A stretch of DNA of 32,000 nt from Geobacter sulfurreducens PCA. Lineage in GTDB: Bacteria > Desulfobacterota > Desulfuromonadia > Geobacterales > Geobacteraceae. Both the position numbers and the translations under genes were made by a program. Below the pieces are notes generated by a model. The model saw nothing but the letters and a program-made list of their open reading frames with translations. It was not told the DNA's origin and ran no database searches. Shown here one piece after another: positions 17,180 through 24,639 of this stretch. Numbering within the stretch: position 1 is the stretch's first letter; the number at the start of each line of letters is the position of its first letter. The stretch lies in NCBI RefSeq assembly GCF_000007985.2, contig NC_002939.5, positions 2,910,001 to 2,942,000 on the forward strand, written 5' to 3'.

Positions 17180-17237
17180 GGCACCACCTACGCCTTACGC
17201 TTCATAGTGCAGTAACGAGTTCTTCCGGGAGGAACCG

Positions 17238-18416
17238 ATGCCGTATGACTTCAAGCTCCCCGATCTGGGCGAAGGGATAACCGAGGCGGAACTGCGCCGC
17301 TGGCTCGTGAAGGAAGGGGATACCGTAGCCGAGCACCAGCCGGTGGTGGAGGTGGAGACCGACAAGGCAGTGGTGGAGGTCCCCTCGCCCCGAGCCGGGA
17401 GGGTGATAACGCGTGCCCGGCTGGAAGGGGAAACCGTCATGGTCGGAGAGACGCTCCTCACCATCGCTGAAGAGGAAGCGACTCCCCCCGTGCGGAAACC
17501 CTCCGTGGGGATCGTGGGCGAACTCCCCGAGGCGGAGGAAGCAGTCGGGACACAGCAGCCGGCCATCCTCGCCACCCCCCTGGTCAGGAAACTGGCCCGG
17601 GAACGGGGCATCGACCTGGCAACCGTGCGGGGAAGCGGCCCGCGGGGGAGCATTACCCCCGAAGACGTGGCGGGCGCGGGCGCCCCGGCCCGGCCGGATG
17701 CCGGCGAGTTCGGGCCGGCGGAGCGGATTCCCCTGCGGGGAGTGCGGCGGTCCATCGCCCGGAACGTCATGACCTCCCAGCGGAACACCGCCTTTGTCAC
17801 CGGCATGGAAGAGGCGGACATCACCGAACTGTGGCACCTGCGGGAACGGGAGCAGCAGGCGGTGGAACAGCGGGGCACCCACCTCACCTTCCTCCCCTTC
17901 TTCATCAAGGCCGTCCAGCACGCCCTGCGGGAGCATCCCTACCTGAATGCCGCCATTGACGACGTGGCCGGAGAAATCATCCTCAAAAAGCACTATCACT
18001 TCGGCATTGCCGTGGAGACCCCCGACGGCCTCATGGTGCCGGTAATCCGCAACGTGGACGCCAAGAGCATCATCGAACTGGCTTCGGAACTCCAGGAACT
18101 GGGCCGCAAGGCCCGGGAGAGGACCATCACCCTGGACGAAATGCGGGGCAGCACCTTCACCCTCACCAACTTCGGCCACTTCGGGGGCGTGTTCGCCACC
18201 CCCGTCATCAACTGGCCCGACGTGGCCATCCTCGGTTTCGGCCGCATTGCCGACCGTCCATGGGTCCACGCCGGCCAGATCGTCGTCCGCACGATCCTTC
18301 CCCTGTCCCTCACCTTCGACCACCGGGTTACCGACGGAGCCGACGCGGCCCAGTTCCTGAGCAAGGTCGTCCGCTACCTGGAAGATCCGGCACTCCTGTT
18401 TATTGAAAGCATCTGA
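17238..18416 (+). CDS. 2-oxoacid dehydrogenase E2 component (dihydrolipoamide acyltransferase)
   Basis: SD GGGAGGAA. Lipoyl domain VVEVETDKAVVEVPSP, E3-binding domain ATPLVRKLARERGIDLATVRGSGPRGSITPEDV, catalytic DHRVTDG. Confidence 0.9.
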   Translation: MPYDFKLPDLGEGITEAELRRWLVKEGDTVAEHQPVVEVETDKAVVEVPSPRAGRVITRARLEGETVMVGETLLTIAEEEATPPVRKPSVGIVGELPEAEEAVGTQQPAILATPLVRKLARERGIDLATVRGSGPRGSITPEDVAGAGAPARPDAGEFGPAERIPLRGVRRSIARNVMTSQRNTAFVTGMEEADITELWHLREREQQAVEQRGTHLTFLPFFIKAVQHALREHPYLNAAIDDVAGEIILKKHYHFGIAVETPDGLMVPVIRNVDAKSIIELASELQELGRKARERTITLDEMRGSTFTLTNFGHFGGVFATPVINWPDVAILGFGRIADRPWVHAGQIVVRTILPLSLTFDHRVTDGADAAQFLSKVVRYLEDPALLFIESI

Positions 18417-18443
18417 GCAGACCGGGACAGTCCCGGCAAAAGG

Positions 18444-18471
18444 AAAGGCGGGAGATTCCTCTCCCGCCTTT
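18444..18471. terminator. Bidirectional terminator between the convergent E2 and multicopper oxidase genes
   Basis: AAAGGCGGGAGA-TTCC-TCTCCCGCCTTT, a perfect 12-bp stem with A/T runs built into both arms. Confidence 0.7.
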
Positions 18472-18496
18472 CACATGCCTCATAGTGCGGCTTCCG

Positions 18497-21019
18497 TTAT
18501 CGCGGCGGTCCGAACACGATGGTTCTGAGCAGTGCCAGAACGTCGCGCACGTCGAGCGTTCCGTCGCCCGTGAGATCATAGGGAGCGCCGGCGAGCAGGG
18601 GAGACTTGAGCTTCTTCAGCAGATCAAGGGCATCGGTGACAGCCAATTTACCGTCGGCATTCACGTCGGGGAAAGCCGGATCGATCTTGACCATGTACGG
18701 CCGCATCATCTCGTTATCTTCGTGTTCGAGGATGTGGCAGTGCCAGACATAGAGGCCGATCTTGTCGAACGTTGCCTTGACCCGTGTGATCTGGCCAGGG
18801 TACGCCAGAACCGTGTCCTTGTAGCCCTGCTCGTAGGGTTCGGGAGGCACCGCGGGACCACTGGGCATGAACGTCATCATGTCGAAGGGCTGGCGGTCGA
18901 CCACCTCGAATCTCACCAGGTGCGGGTGAATCGGGTGGGCATCCATGGTCAGGTTGTAGATCTCCCAGATCTCGGTGGTACCGGTTACAGGCGCCTCGGT
19001 AATGATGTCGGCCCACATCATGGGCATGCTCATCATCATTCCGGTCATGGGGTCAGCAACAAGCACGCCGAGCTTCGCCTCCCGCGGCCCCATGGGCATT
19101 CCGCCAGCCGCTGCACAGGCCGAGAGAAAGCCCGGGAGCGGCATCGGGTCAACGAAAAGCGTTGTAATGCTTCCGTCCGGCTGTGCTTGGACACAGAGCC
19201 GGGTTGACTCCTCCTCATTGAGGGTCAACTGACGGACAGCCACGGTAGCCGGCAGAGAAGCCTCTGCTGGAAGGACCAGATTCTCCGGCGGCGTTGTCAG
19301 GGCGTCACCCGGCTGGATAAGGGACGCCTTAACCACAAACTGCATCACTTGACCGGTAGTATCGATATCAGCCGGAGCATCGGGGAACCCGCCGAAGGGT
19401 GCGTCGGGGGCGGTATTGATCATTCGTACCACGGTACCATCGGCAAGGCCCGTGAAGTCGATGATCACGTCGGCTCGCTCGGCCGGCCCCATGAGAAGTG
19501 CCTGCATGGGATCGGGTGCGGCAAGCCCCGCGGGTATGGCCCCGTTGCCCGGCAACGGCGTGTACTGGCCGGTCTTGATCATGACCACCTGGGGCAGGAA
19601 GCCCTGTTCGGCGCCGATCTGATAAAAGGGAATCTCGGCGCCGAGAACATCGTCCGCTGTTCCCATGATGCCGTCCGGTCCGGCGCCGGTCACGGTAAAG
19701 AGCGTCAGGTTGAGAGTCCGGGAGTTGCAGCCGTTCAGAAGGCGCAGGCGATAGCGGGCCGGAGCGCTTTCCAGTTGCGGCCAGGTGGTGCCGTTAACCA
19801 CCATGGTGTTGAAAAACACCTCGGGATTCCAGATGGCGGAAATATCGGAGTTGGGGATGAAGGGAATATTGAGGACCCCTGCGCCGGGGAACTGGGGCGG
19901 AGTGGCGCCCGAAACGTTCAATCCCTCGAAGAATGCTCGGTTATCGGGATAAAAAAGGGAGCCATCGGCATTGAACGAGCGGTCCTGAATCACCACGGGA
20001 ATCTCACGGATGGTGGCCCTGATGGCTGCATTGAAGTTGGGATCACCCATGCCTGCCCGGGGGGCCGGACCGGGCAACCTGCCGTCGTTGAGTGCGGCTG
20101 ATGTTCCATCGTCCACGAAGGCATCGCCGTTGGCACCGCCCCTGACGAGCCAGAAACCGGCGGGCCCGGCATAGACATTGTTGCGGGTGATGCCGAGGGT
20201 ATGATCGTGGTACCAGAGGGTCGCAGCGGGTTGGTCGTTCTCGTAGGCGAAATAGGCCGATCCCTTGACGGTGTTACGGGGGTCGAACTGGTCGAAAACG
20301 GTGCCGCGGGCAGCATAGCCCGCCGGAATATTTTTGGCCGCAGGCAGCCACCAGGCTTCGGGGTACCCGTCGCTCGACGCGTTGACGTGGGCGCCGTGAA
20401 CGTGGGTGACAAGGGGAACCGGTCCCGTGTAGGGAGCCGTATTGAACGTCCGGCATTCGGTCCGGTTCGTTCCGTCGATGCAACCGGTTGCCGGTGGGTT
20501 GGCCCAGTGGAGGGTCTGATCCACTGGCAGGAGATGCGGCAGGTAGTTGCCCTTGGCATCAACCAGATCATTGATCCAGCGGACCCGGGTCATAATGCCC
20601 GACGTGTTCTCCACCGTAAACGCGGGATAGTTGAAAGAAATATTGCTCGACAGGGGAGCCGGGGCGATGAATCCGACGGGGATCTTGTCCTGGGCCCGGC
20701 CATAGCTCCAGACGGTGGTGGCGCCGAAGGTATCGCTACGACCGTTCACCGTATTCCACACTCCGCCCGGCAGGATCTGCTGCTTGAACTGGCGCACGGC
20801 TATATTGTATGCCGCGGCGGGAACCCCGGGCTGAACCGTGCTTTTCGGCATTTCCGGGGGGATGACGAGCGGGGTGACGAACTTGGGAATTGTCAGGGGA
20901 TCCAGCGTCCCGCCGGGGACCGGCTGGGAGCAGGCCTTGCGTGGACCTCCCAGCGCAAACAGCGCCAGACCGATACTGACTGCCACGACTGCCACAATGC
21001 GTACCCGTACGTTTGTCAT
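18497..21019 (-). CDS. Multicopper oxidase (Geobacter OmpB/OmpC-like) with Met-rich insert and C-terminal dockerin-like module
   Basis: ATG 21019 follows GGAAAGGAGG, so the track ORF is trimmed by 35 codons. Signal peptide MTNVRVRIVAVVAVSIGLALFALGG. Four canonical Cu motifs: HVHGAH, WYHDH, HPIHPH, HCHILEHEDNEMM. Confidence 0.85.
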   Translation of the reverse strand: MTNVRVRIVAVVAVSIGLALFALGGPRKACSQPVPGGTLDPLTIPKFVTPLVIPPEMPKSTVQPGVPAAAYNIAVRQFKQQILPGGVWNTVNGRSDTFGATTVWSYGRAQDKIPVGFIAPAPLSSNISFNYPAFTVENTSGIMTRVRWINDLVDAKGNYLPHLLPVDQTLHWANPPATGCIDGTNRTECRTFNTAPYTGPVPLVTHVHGAHVNASSDGYPEAWWLPAAKNIPAGYAARGTVFDQFDPRNTVKGSAYFAYENDQPAATLWYHDHTLGITRNNVYAGPAGFWLVRGGANGDAFVDDGTSAALNDGRLPGPAPRAGMGDPNFNAAIRATIREIPVVIQDRSFNADGSLFYPDNRAFFEGLNVSGATPPQFPGAGVLNIPFIPNSDISAIWNPEVFFNTMVVNGTTWPQLESAPARYRLRLLNGCNSRTLNLTLFTVTGAGPDGIMGTADDVLGAEIPFYQIGAEQGFLPQVVMIKTGQYTPLPGNGAIPAGLAAPDPMQALLMGPAERADVIIDFTGLADGTVVRMINTAPDAPFGGFPDAPADIDTTGQVMQFVVKASLIQPGDALTTPPENLVLPAEASLPATVAVRQLTLNEEESTRLCVQAQPDGSITTLFVDPMPLPGFLSACAAAGGMPMGPREAKLGVLVADPMTGMMMSMPMMWADIITEAPVTGTTEIWEIYNLTMDAHPIHPHLVRFEVVDRQPFDMMTFMPSGPAVPPEPYEQGYKDTVLAYPGQITRVKATFDKIGLYVWHCHILEHEDNEMMRPYMVKIDPAFPDVNADGKLAVTDALDLLKKLKSPLLAGAPYDLTGDGTLDVRDVLALLRTIVFGPPR

Positions 21020-21329
21020 GGCGTACGACCTCCTTTCCTTTCCGTTTATGCGGCCGGCTGCCCTGGGGCTGCACGCCTCGCTGGCCTGCTCTCTCTTCCA
21101 TCCGCTCCGGGAGGGATGTGCCACGCCAACAACTCATCTGAACATCGGAAAGGGGAAGAGTGATTGTCAGGGTATGGCAGAATATCCTGTAACTACTTCG
21201 TTACATAATATTATGCTCAAAACATAGCACACTGTTTTACCCATGCAAGTAATCGTCGCTAAATAAATAGGTTAGCCACCACTCACCAACAAACTCCCCT
21301 CTTTTTGCCTCTCACGAAACTCCTGTTTC

Positions 21330-21343
21330 TTGACCCACATCAT
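21330..21343 (+). promoter_or_regulatory. Candidate Crp/Fnr-family binding site upstream of the DUF1858-hemerythrin operon
   Basis: TTGAC-CCAC-ATCAT compared with TTGAT-N4-ATCAA (8/10). Its centre lies 41.5 nt upstream of the TSS predicted from the TAAGGT hexamer at 21366..21371, which is class II geometry. Confidence 0.35.
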
Positions 21344-21404
21344 AAAAATTCCCCGCTCAGACGCGTAAGGTGGAATCATCAGAACGCGACGGAGGAACAA
21401 ATCA

Positions 21405-21626
21405 ATGAATCTGAAAAATGATCTCGGCAGCCAGGCCATTCAGGACGTGCTCACCTCTTATCCCGAAATCGGCGAAATCCTGCAGCGCTACGACATCGGC
21501 TGCGTCACCTGCAAAGTGGGAATCTGCCTTCTCAAGGACGTGGTCTCCATCCACGGGCTTTCGAAAGAGGATGAGGCGGGGATCGAAGCGGAAATAAATG
21601 ACTACCTGACCAGCAAAGCGGCTTAA
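21405..21626 (+). CDS. DUF1858 / hybrid-cluster-protein-associated redox disulfide domain protein
   Basis: SD GGAGGA. 73 aa. VLTSYPEIGEILQRYDIGCVTCKVGICLLKDVV is the CxxC-containing pattern I remember for this domain. Confidence 0.75.
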   Translation: MNLKNDLGSQAIQDVLTSYPEIGEILQRYDIGCVTCKVGICLLKDVVSIHGLSKEDEAGIEAEINDYLTSKAA

Positions 21627-21663
21627 ACCAAACCTACTCAATACACGAAAAGGAGAACACACC

Positions 21664-22119
21664 ATGTCACATCTCGGTTGCGGCTGCCCCGGCAGCATGG
21701 CTCGCGTCATCGAAAGGGAAGAAACCACCACCAACGACACCGCCCGGACCCCGTCGGCACTTCGCCAGTGGCCGGTCCAGCTCCACCTGGTTCCCCCCTC
21801 GGCCCCCTATTTCAGGAATGCGGACATCCTGATCTCGGCAGATTGCGTCGCCTTTGCCCTCGGCTCCTTCCATCAGGACCTGCTCAAGGGGAAGGCACTG
21901 GCCATCGCGTGCCCCAAACTGGACGAGACCGGCACCTACGTGGACAAACTGGCCACCATCTTCCGCAACAATGACGTTAAAAGCGTCACCGTGGCCATCA
22001 TGGAGGTCCCCTGCTGCCGCGGTCTCGACATCATGGTACAGCAGGCCCTGGCCAAGGCGGGAAACCCGGTGCCGCTGGAAACCATCATCATCGGCATCGA
22101 CGGCGAAAGGAGGAACTGA
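21664..22119 (+). CDS. Cysteine-rich putative Fe-S/redox protein (GCGCPG, ADCVAF, ACPKLD, EVPCCRG motifs)
   Basis: SD AAGGAG. 151 aa. I recall similar Cys-rich modules encoded next to hybrid-cluster/hemerythrin genes in anaerobes, but have no firm family name. Confidence 0.65.
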   Translation: MSHLGCGCPGSMARVIEREETTTNDTARTPSALRQWPVQLHLVPPSAPYFRNADILISADCVAFALGSFHQDLLKGKALAIACPKLDETGTYVDKLATIFRNNDVKSVTVAIMEVPCCRGLDIMVQQALAKAGNPVPLETIIIGIDGERRN

Positions 22120-22121
22120 CC

Positions 22122-22688
22122 ATGAAGCGCAACATCACCCAGACCCTGGTTGACGAGCACAAACTGATCCTCCGGATGCTTGACGTACTCGAGCGCAACG
22201 CCTCTCTGACGGCGGAAGGGCTCTACACCAACTACCGCTTCTATCTCGATGCGGTGGACTTCATCCGCCACTATGCCGACCGCTTCCACCACGCCAAGGA
22301 GGAAGACGTCCTCTTCGAGGCCCTGGTGAACAACGGCATGCCCCGCGAGAACAGCCCGGTGGCGGCCATGCTCATGGAGCACGACCGGGGCCGGGCCTAC
22401 GTGAAGGCCATGGAGGAGGCGGCCACCGCCGCCCTGGCGGGCAGCACCGGTCGTGACGGGGACATTGCGGAAAACGCCCTCGGCTACCTGATCATGCTCC
22501 GCGAGCACATCGCCAAGGAAGACGACATTCTTTATCCCCTGGCCGAGCGGGTGCTCCCCGAGGAGGTGCGCGGCGGCATCCTGGCTGGTTACGAATCGGC
22601 CGAGGCGCGTACTCCTGCCGATTTTACCGAACGCTACACGAAAGCAGTGGAGCACTACGAGGCGGAAGAACAGAACCGGGCCGCCTGA
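22122..22688 (+). CDS. Hemerythrin-like (HHE cation-binding) domain protein
   Basis: SD AGGAGG, 2 nt after the previous stop. LVDEHKLI...ADRFHHAKEEDVLFEAL...MLMEHDRGR...LREHIAKEDDILYP carries the His/Glu ligand pattern. Confidence 0.85.
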   Translation: MKRNITQTLVDEHKLILRMLDVLERNASLTAEGLYTNYRFYLDAVDFIRHYADRFHHAKEEDVLFEALVNNGMPRENSPVAAMLMEHDRGRAYVKAMEEAATAALAGSTGRDGDIAENALGYLIMLREHIAKEDDILYPLAERVLPEEVRGGILAGYESAEARTPADFTERYTKAVEHYEAEEQNRAA

Positions 22689-22711
22689 CCGGAACGCACC
22701 GTCACCAGCCC

Positions 22712-22757
22712 GAAGACGAAAAAAGGGAACCCTCCGGGGCTCCCTCTTTTCGTCTTC
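22712..22757. terminator. Long bidirectional terminator hairpin between convergent genes
   Basis: GAAGACGAAAAAAGGGAACCC-TCCG-GGGCTCCCTCTTTTCGTCTTC, a ~21-bp stem with 2 mismatches and A/T runs inside the arms. Confidence 0.7.
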
Positions 22758-22784
22758 GTTATCCACGCCGCAACCGCTGCGCGC

Positions 22785-24257
22785 TTACTCCACCTGCACC
22801 GTGTAGCTCCTGCTCCCCCCCTCATCGTTCAGGGACCACTCACCGATCAGGTGTTCCTGCTTGGCATCCCAGTCATACCGGTAGAGCTTGATCTTAATCT
22901 CGCGCAGAGGGGTGTCGGGAAGGGTCTGGTAGTCAACGGTGACGGTGTTCTCGCCTCGCTTGAGCCCGGCCGAGCCGGTGTAGTTGTAGTTCATGCTCCG
23001 CTCACCCTTGATAACGTAGCGCTCCTCACCGTTTACCTTTACCGTGCCGGTGTAGTCCAGGGCATAGACGTAGAGCATGCAGTCGGCAAGTTCCTGATCG
23101 GCGAGCGCCGCGCTCACGCTCTCGGGCGACGACGGCCGGTTCCCGGACGGTCCGTCCCCGAAGGAGATGGTCCCGGCCTCCCCTCCCGGGTTCGCCGGCA
23201 CCGGCACCATAAGGCCGGCGCCCGCTTTTCCCTGCTTCAGCATCTGGAGCAGGGGCGATTTGGCCACCAGGTACCCACCTACACCCAGCACAACCACGTA
23301 GCCCATGATGCCGATACCGACCCAGACGGCCTTATCGCGACTGCCGCAGGGATAGGGCACGTCACCCTTCACCCGCCGCAGGTCCCGGTAAATGAGGGCC
23401 TGGACCAGCATTACGAAGGGAGCGAGAAGGATCGACACTATCGGCCCCACCACCGGGATGAGACCCAACAGGCCCGAAAGCCCCCAGATGATCAGGAGGC
23501 GCACGAAGACGTCGAACCAGTGGCCGCGCACATATTCGCGACTCTTGAGCACCGCGTCCATGCCGCCGGTCCCTTCGGCGAACAGGATGAGGGGGGCGAA
23601 GAAGAACCAGACCGAGAAGATGATCCCCGGAATCACCGCCAGCAGGAACCCGCCGCCGATGATGATGCCCAGGAGCGTCGACACCCAGACATAGGGCCAG
23701 AGGAGCCTTTTCCCCTCGGCCAGGGCACGCCGCAGGTCGGCCTCATCATCCACCGTGGCGCAGATAAGAGCGCCGAATCCCCACGAGTAGGCCACCAGCG
23801 CCATGGTCACGGCGCCGATTCCCCCCACAGCCAGCAGGACCGTGCGCGATGCGGGAAGGGCCGATGCCAGCAGGTGGCAGGCCCCGAAGAAGATGCCGGC
23901 AGGAATCAACGCCATAAGCGGCGTCAGAAGAAAGAGCCCCAGAAGCGTCCCCCACCGCTGCTTGAAGGTGTCCCACGCCAGGCGGAAGAGCTCTTCAACC
24001 CCGACCATCTCGTTGCCGGCCGGTTCCGGCTTGGGCGGGGCGGGTTTGCGGACGGGGATGCCCGGCGCTACGGAAGGAGCTGCCGCAGGCCGCGGCGGCG
24101 CCGGAGGAACGGGCGACGCGGCGGCGGACGATGCCTCCCAGGCGAAGCGGGTCTTGCAGCGGGGACAGTTAACGTGGGTCGCTCCGGCCGGGATGGCCGA
24201 GCGGGGCACTGACTTGTTGAACCCACACGATGGACAGGATACGGTTACCATTTCCAT
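22785..24257 (-). CDS. Membrane protein: N-terminal MJ0042-type zinc ribbon, Pro-rich linker, ~6 TM helices, C-terminal beta-rich soluble domain
   Basis: ATG 24257 follows AGGGGG, so the track ORF is trimmed by 37 codons. MEMVTVSCPSCGFNKSVPRSAIPAGATHVNCPRCKTRFAW. Hydrophobic segments include WGTLLGLFLLTPLMALIPAGIFF and LLGIIIGGGFLLAVIPGIIFSVWFFFAPLILF. The C-terminus reads ...YVYALDYTGTVKVNGEERYVIKGERSMNYNYTG... Confidence 0.7.
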   Translation of the reverse strand: MEMVTVSCPSCGFNKSVPRSAIPAGATHVNCPRCKTRFAWEASSAAASPVPPAPPRPAAAPSVAPGIPVRKPAPPKPEPAGNEMVGVEELFRLAWDTFKQRWGTLLGLFLLTPLMALIPAGIFFGACHLLASALPASRTVLLAVGGIGAVTMALVAYSWGFGALICATVDDEADLRRALAEGKRLLWPYVWVSTLLGIIIGGGFLLAVIPGIIFSVWFFFAPLILFAEGTGGMDAVLKSREYVRGHWFDVFVRLLIIWGLSGLLGLIPVVGPIVSILLAPFVMLVQALIYRDLRRVKGDVPYPCGSRDKAVWVGIGIMGYVVVLGVGGYLVAKSPLLQMLKQGKAGAGLMVPVPANPGGEAGTISFGDGPSGNRPSSPESVSAALADQELADCMLYVYALDYTGTVKVNGEERYVIKGERSMNYNYTGSAGLKRGENTVTVDYQTLPDTPLREIKIKLYRYDWDAKQEHLIGEWSLNDEGGSRSYTVQVE

Positions 24258-24360
24258 GAAAGACACCCCCTGGACACGCACTGCCCTTAAGCGGACTAGT
24301 CCTTGGAATCGTATCGGCATCGTTGCGGTTTGCTTGAGAAATTTGCCCGATTGAGGCAGA

Positions 24361-24390
24361 AAAACCAAAAGGCCCGTGTTACCGGGCCTT
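24361..24390 (-). terminator. Rho-independent terminator of mini-gene copy 2
   Basis: On the minus strand: GGCCCG-GTAACA-CGGGCC followed by TTTTGGTTTT. Confidence 0.7.
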
Positions 24391-24427
24391 CCGATCGTTG
24401 TCCATCTGTATTTCGCTGATTACTGCC

Positions 24428-24592
24428 TCAATCCCCCTCTATGGTGAGCGACACCGGGTCGCAGACATTGGACGGACTATGGGCTTTGGCACCGCACCGT
24501 GCGCAGGATACGGTGGCATTGGCCGTCAGGCAGTGAAGGGTCTGGCTGTCTTCCACATTGCAGACCATGTGACGCATCCGATCGCCTTTCAT
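24428..24592 (-). CDS. 54-aa cysteine-rich mini-protein, copy 2 (paralogue of 9161..9328)
   Basis: ATG 24592 is preceded by GGAAAGGAGG. Product is MKGDRMRHMVCNVEDSQTLHCLTANATVSCARCGAKAHSPSNVCDPVSLTIEGD. Confidence 0.6.
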   Translation of the reverse strand: MKGDRMRHMVCNVEDSQTLHCLTANATVSCARCGAKAHSPSNVCDPVSLTIEGD

Positions 24593-24639
24593 GACCGTTG
24601 CCTCCTTTCCGGGAAACAAATCTTCTCTTTCCTGTTTTT

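Noticed and set aside
14818-17187. 789-aa ORF on the minus strand, the longest non-annotated ORF in the track
   Set aside because: It runs antisense to the well-supported E1alpha and E1beta genes and through the intergenic repeat. The product is Arg/Gly/Pro/His-rich low-complexity sequence with no recognisable motif. This is a typical high-GC antisense shadow.
17021-17215. 64-aa + strand ORF starting inside the intergenic repeat, with GGAGG 12 nt upstream (also 16981..17280)
   Set aside because: The SD spacing is too long. The product is Gly/Arg/Pro-rich and is simply the translated repeat sequence. The minus-strand ATGGAAACG... reading of each unit also lacks an SD. I treat this as non-coding repeat.
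17202-21163. Long antisense ORFs over the E2 and multicopper oxidase genes (17202..18323 -, 18485..19207 +, 19349..20101 +, 20201..21163 +)
   Set aside because: The opposite strands carry unmistakable lipoyl/catalytic and four-copper-motif signatures. These ORFs have no motifs.
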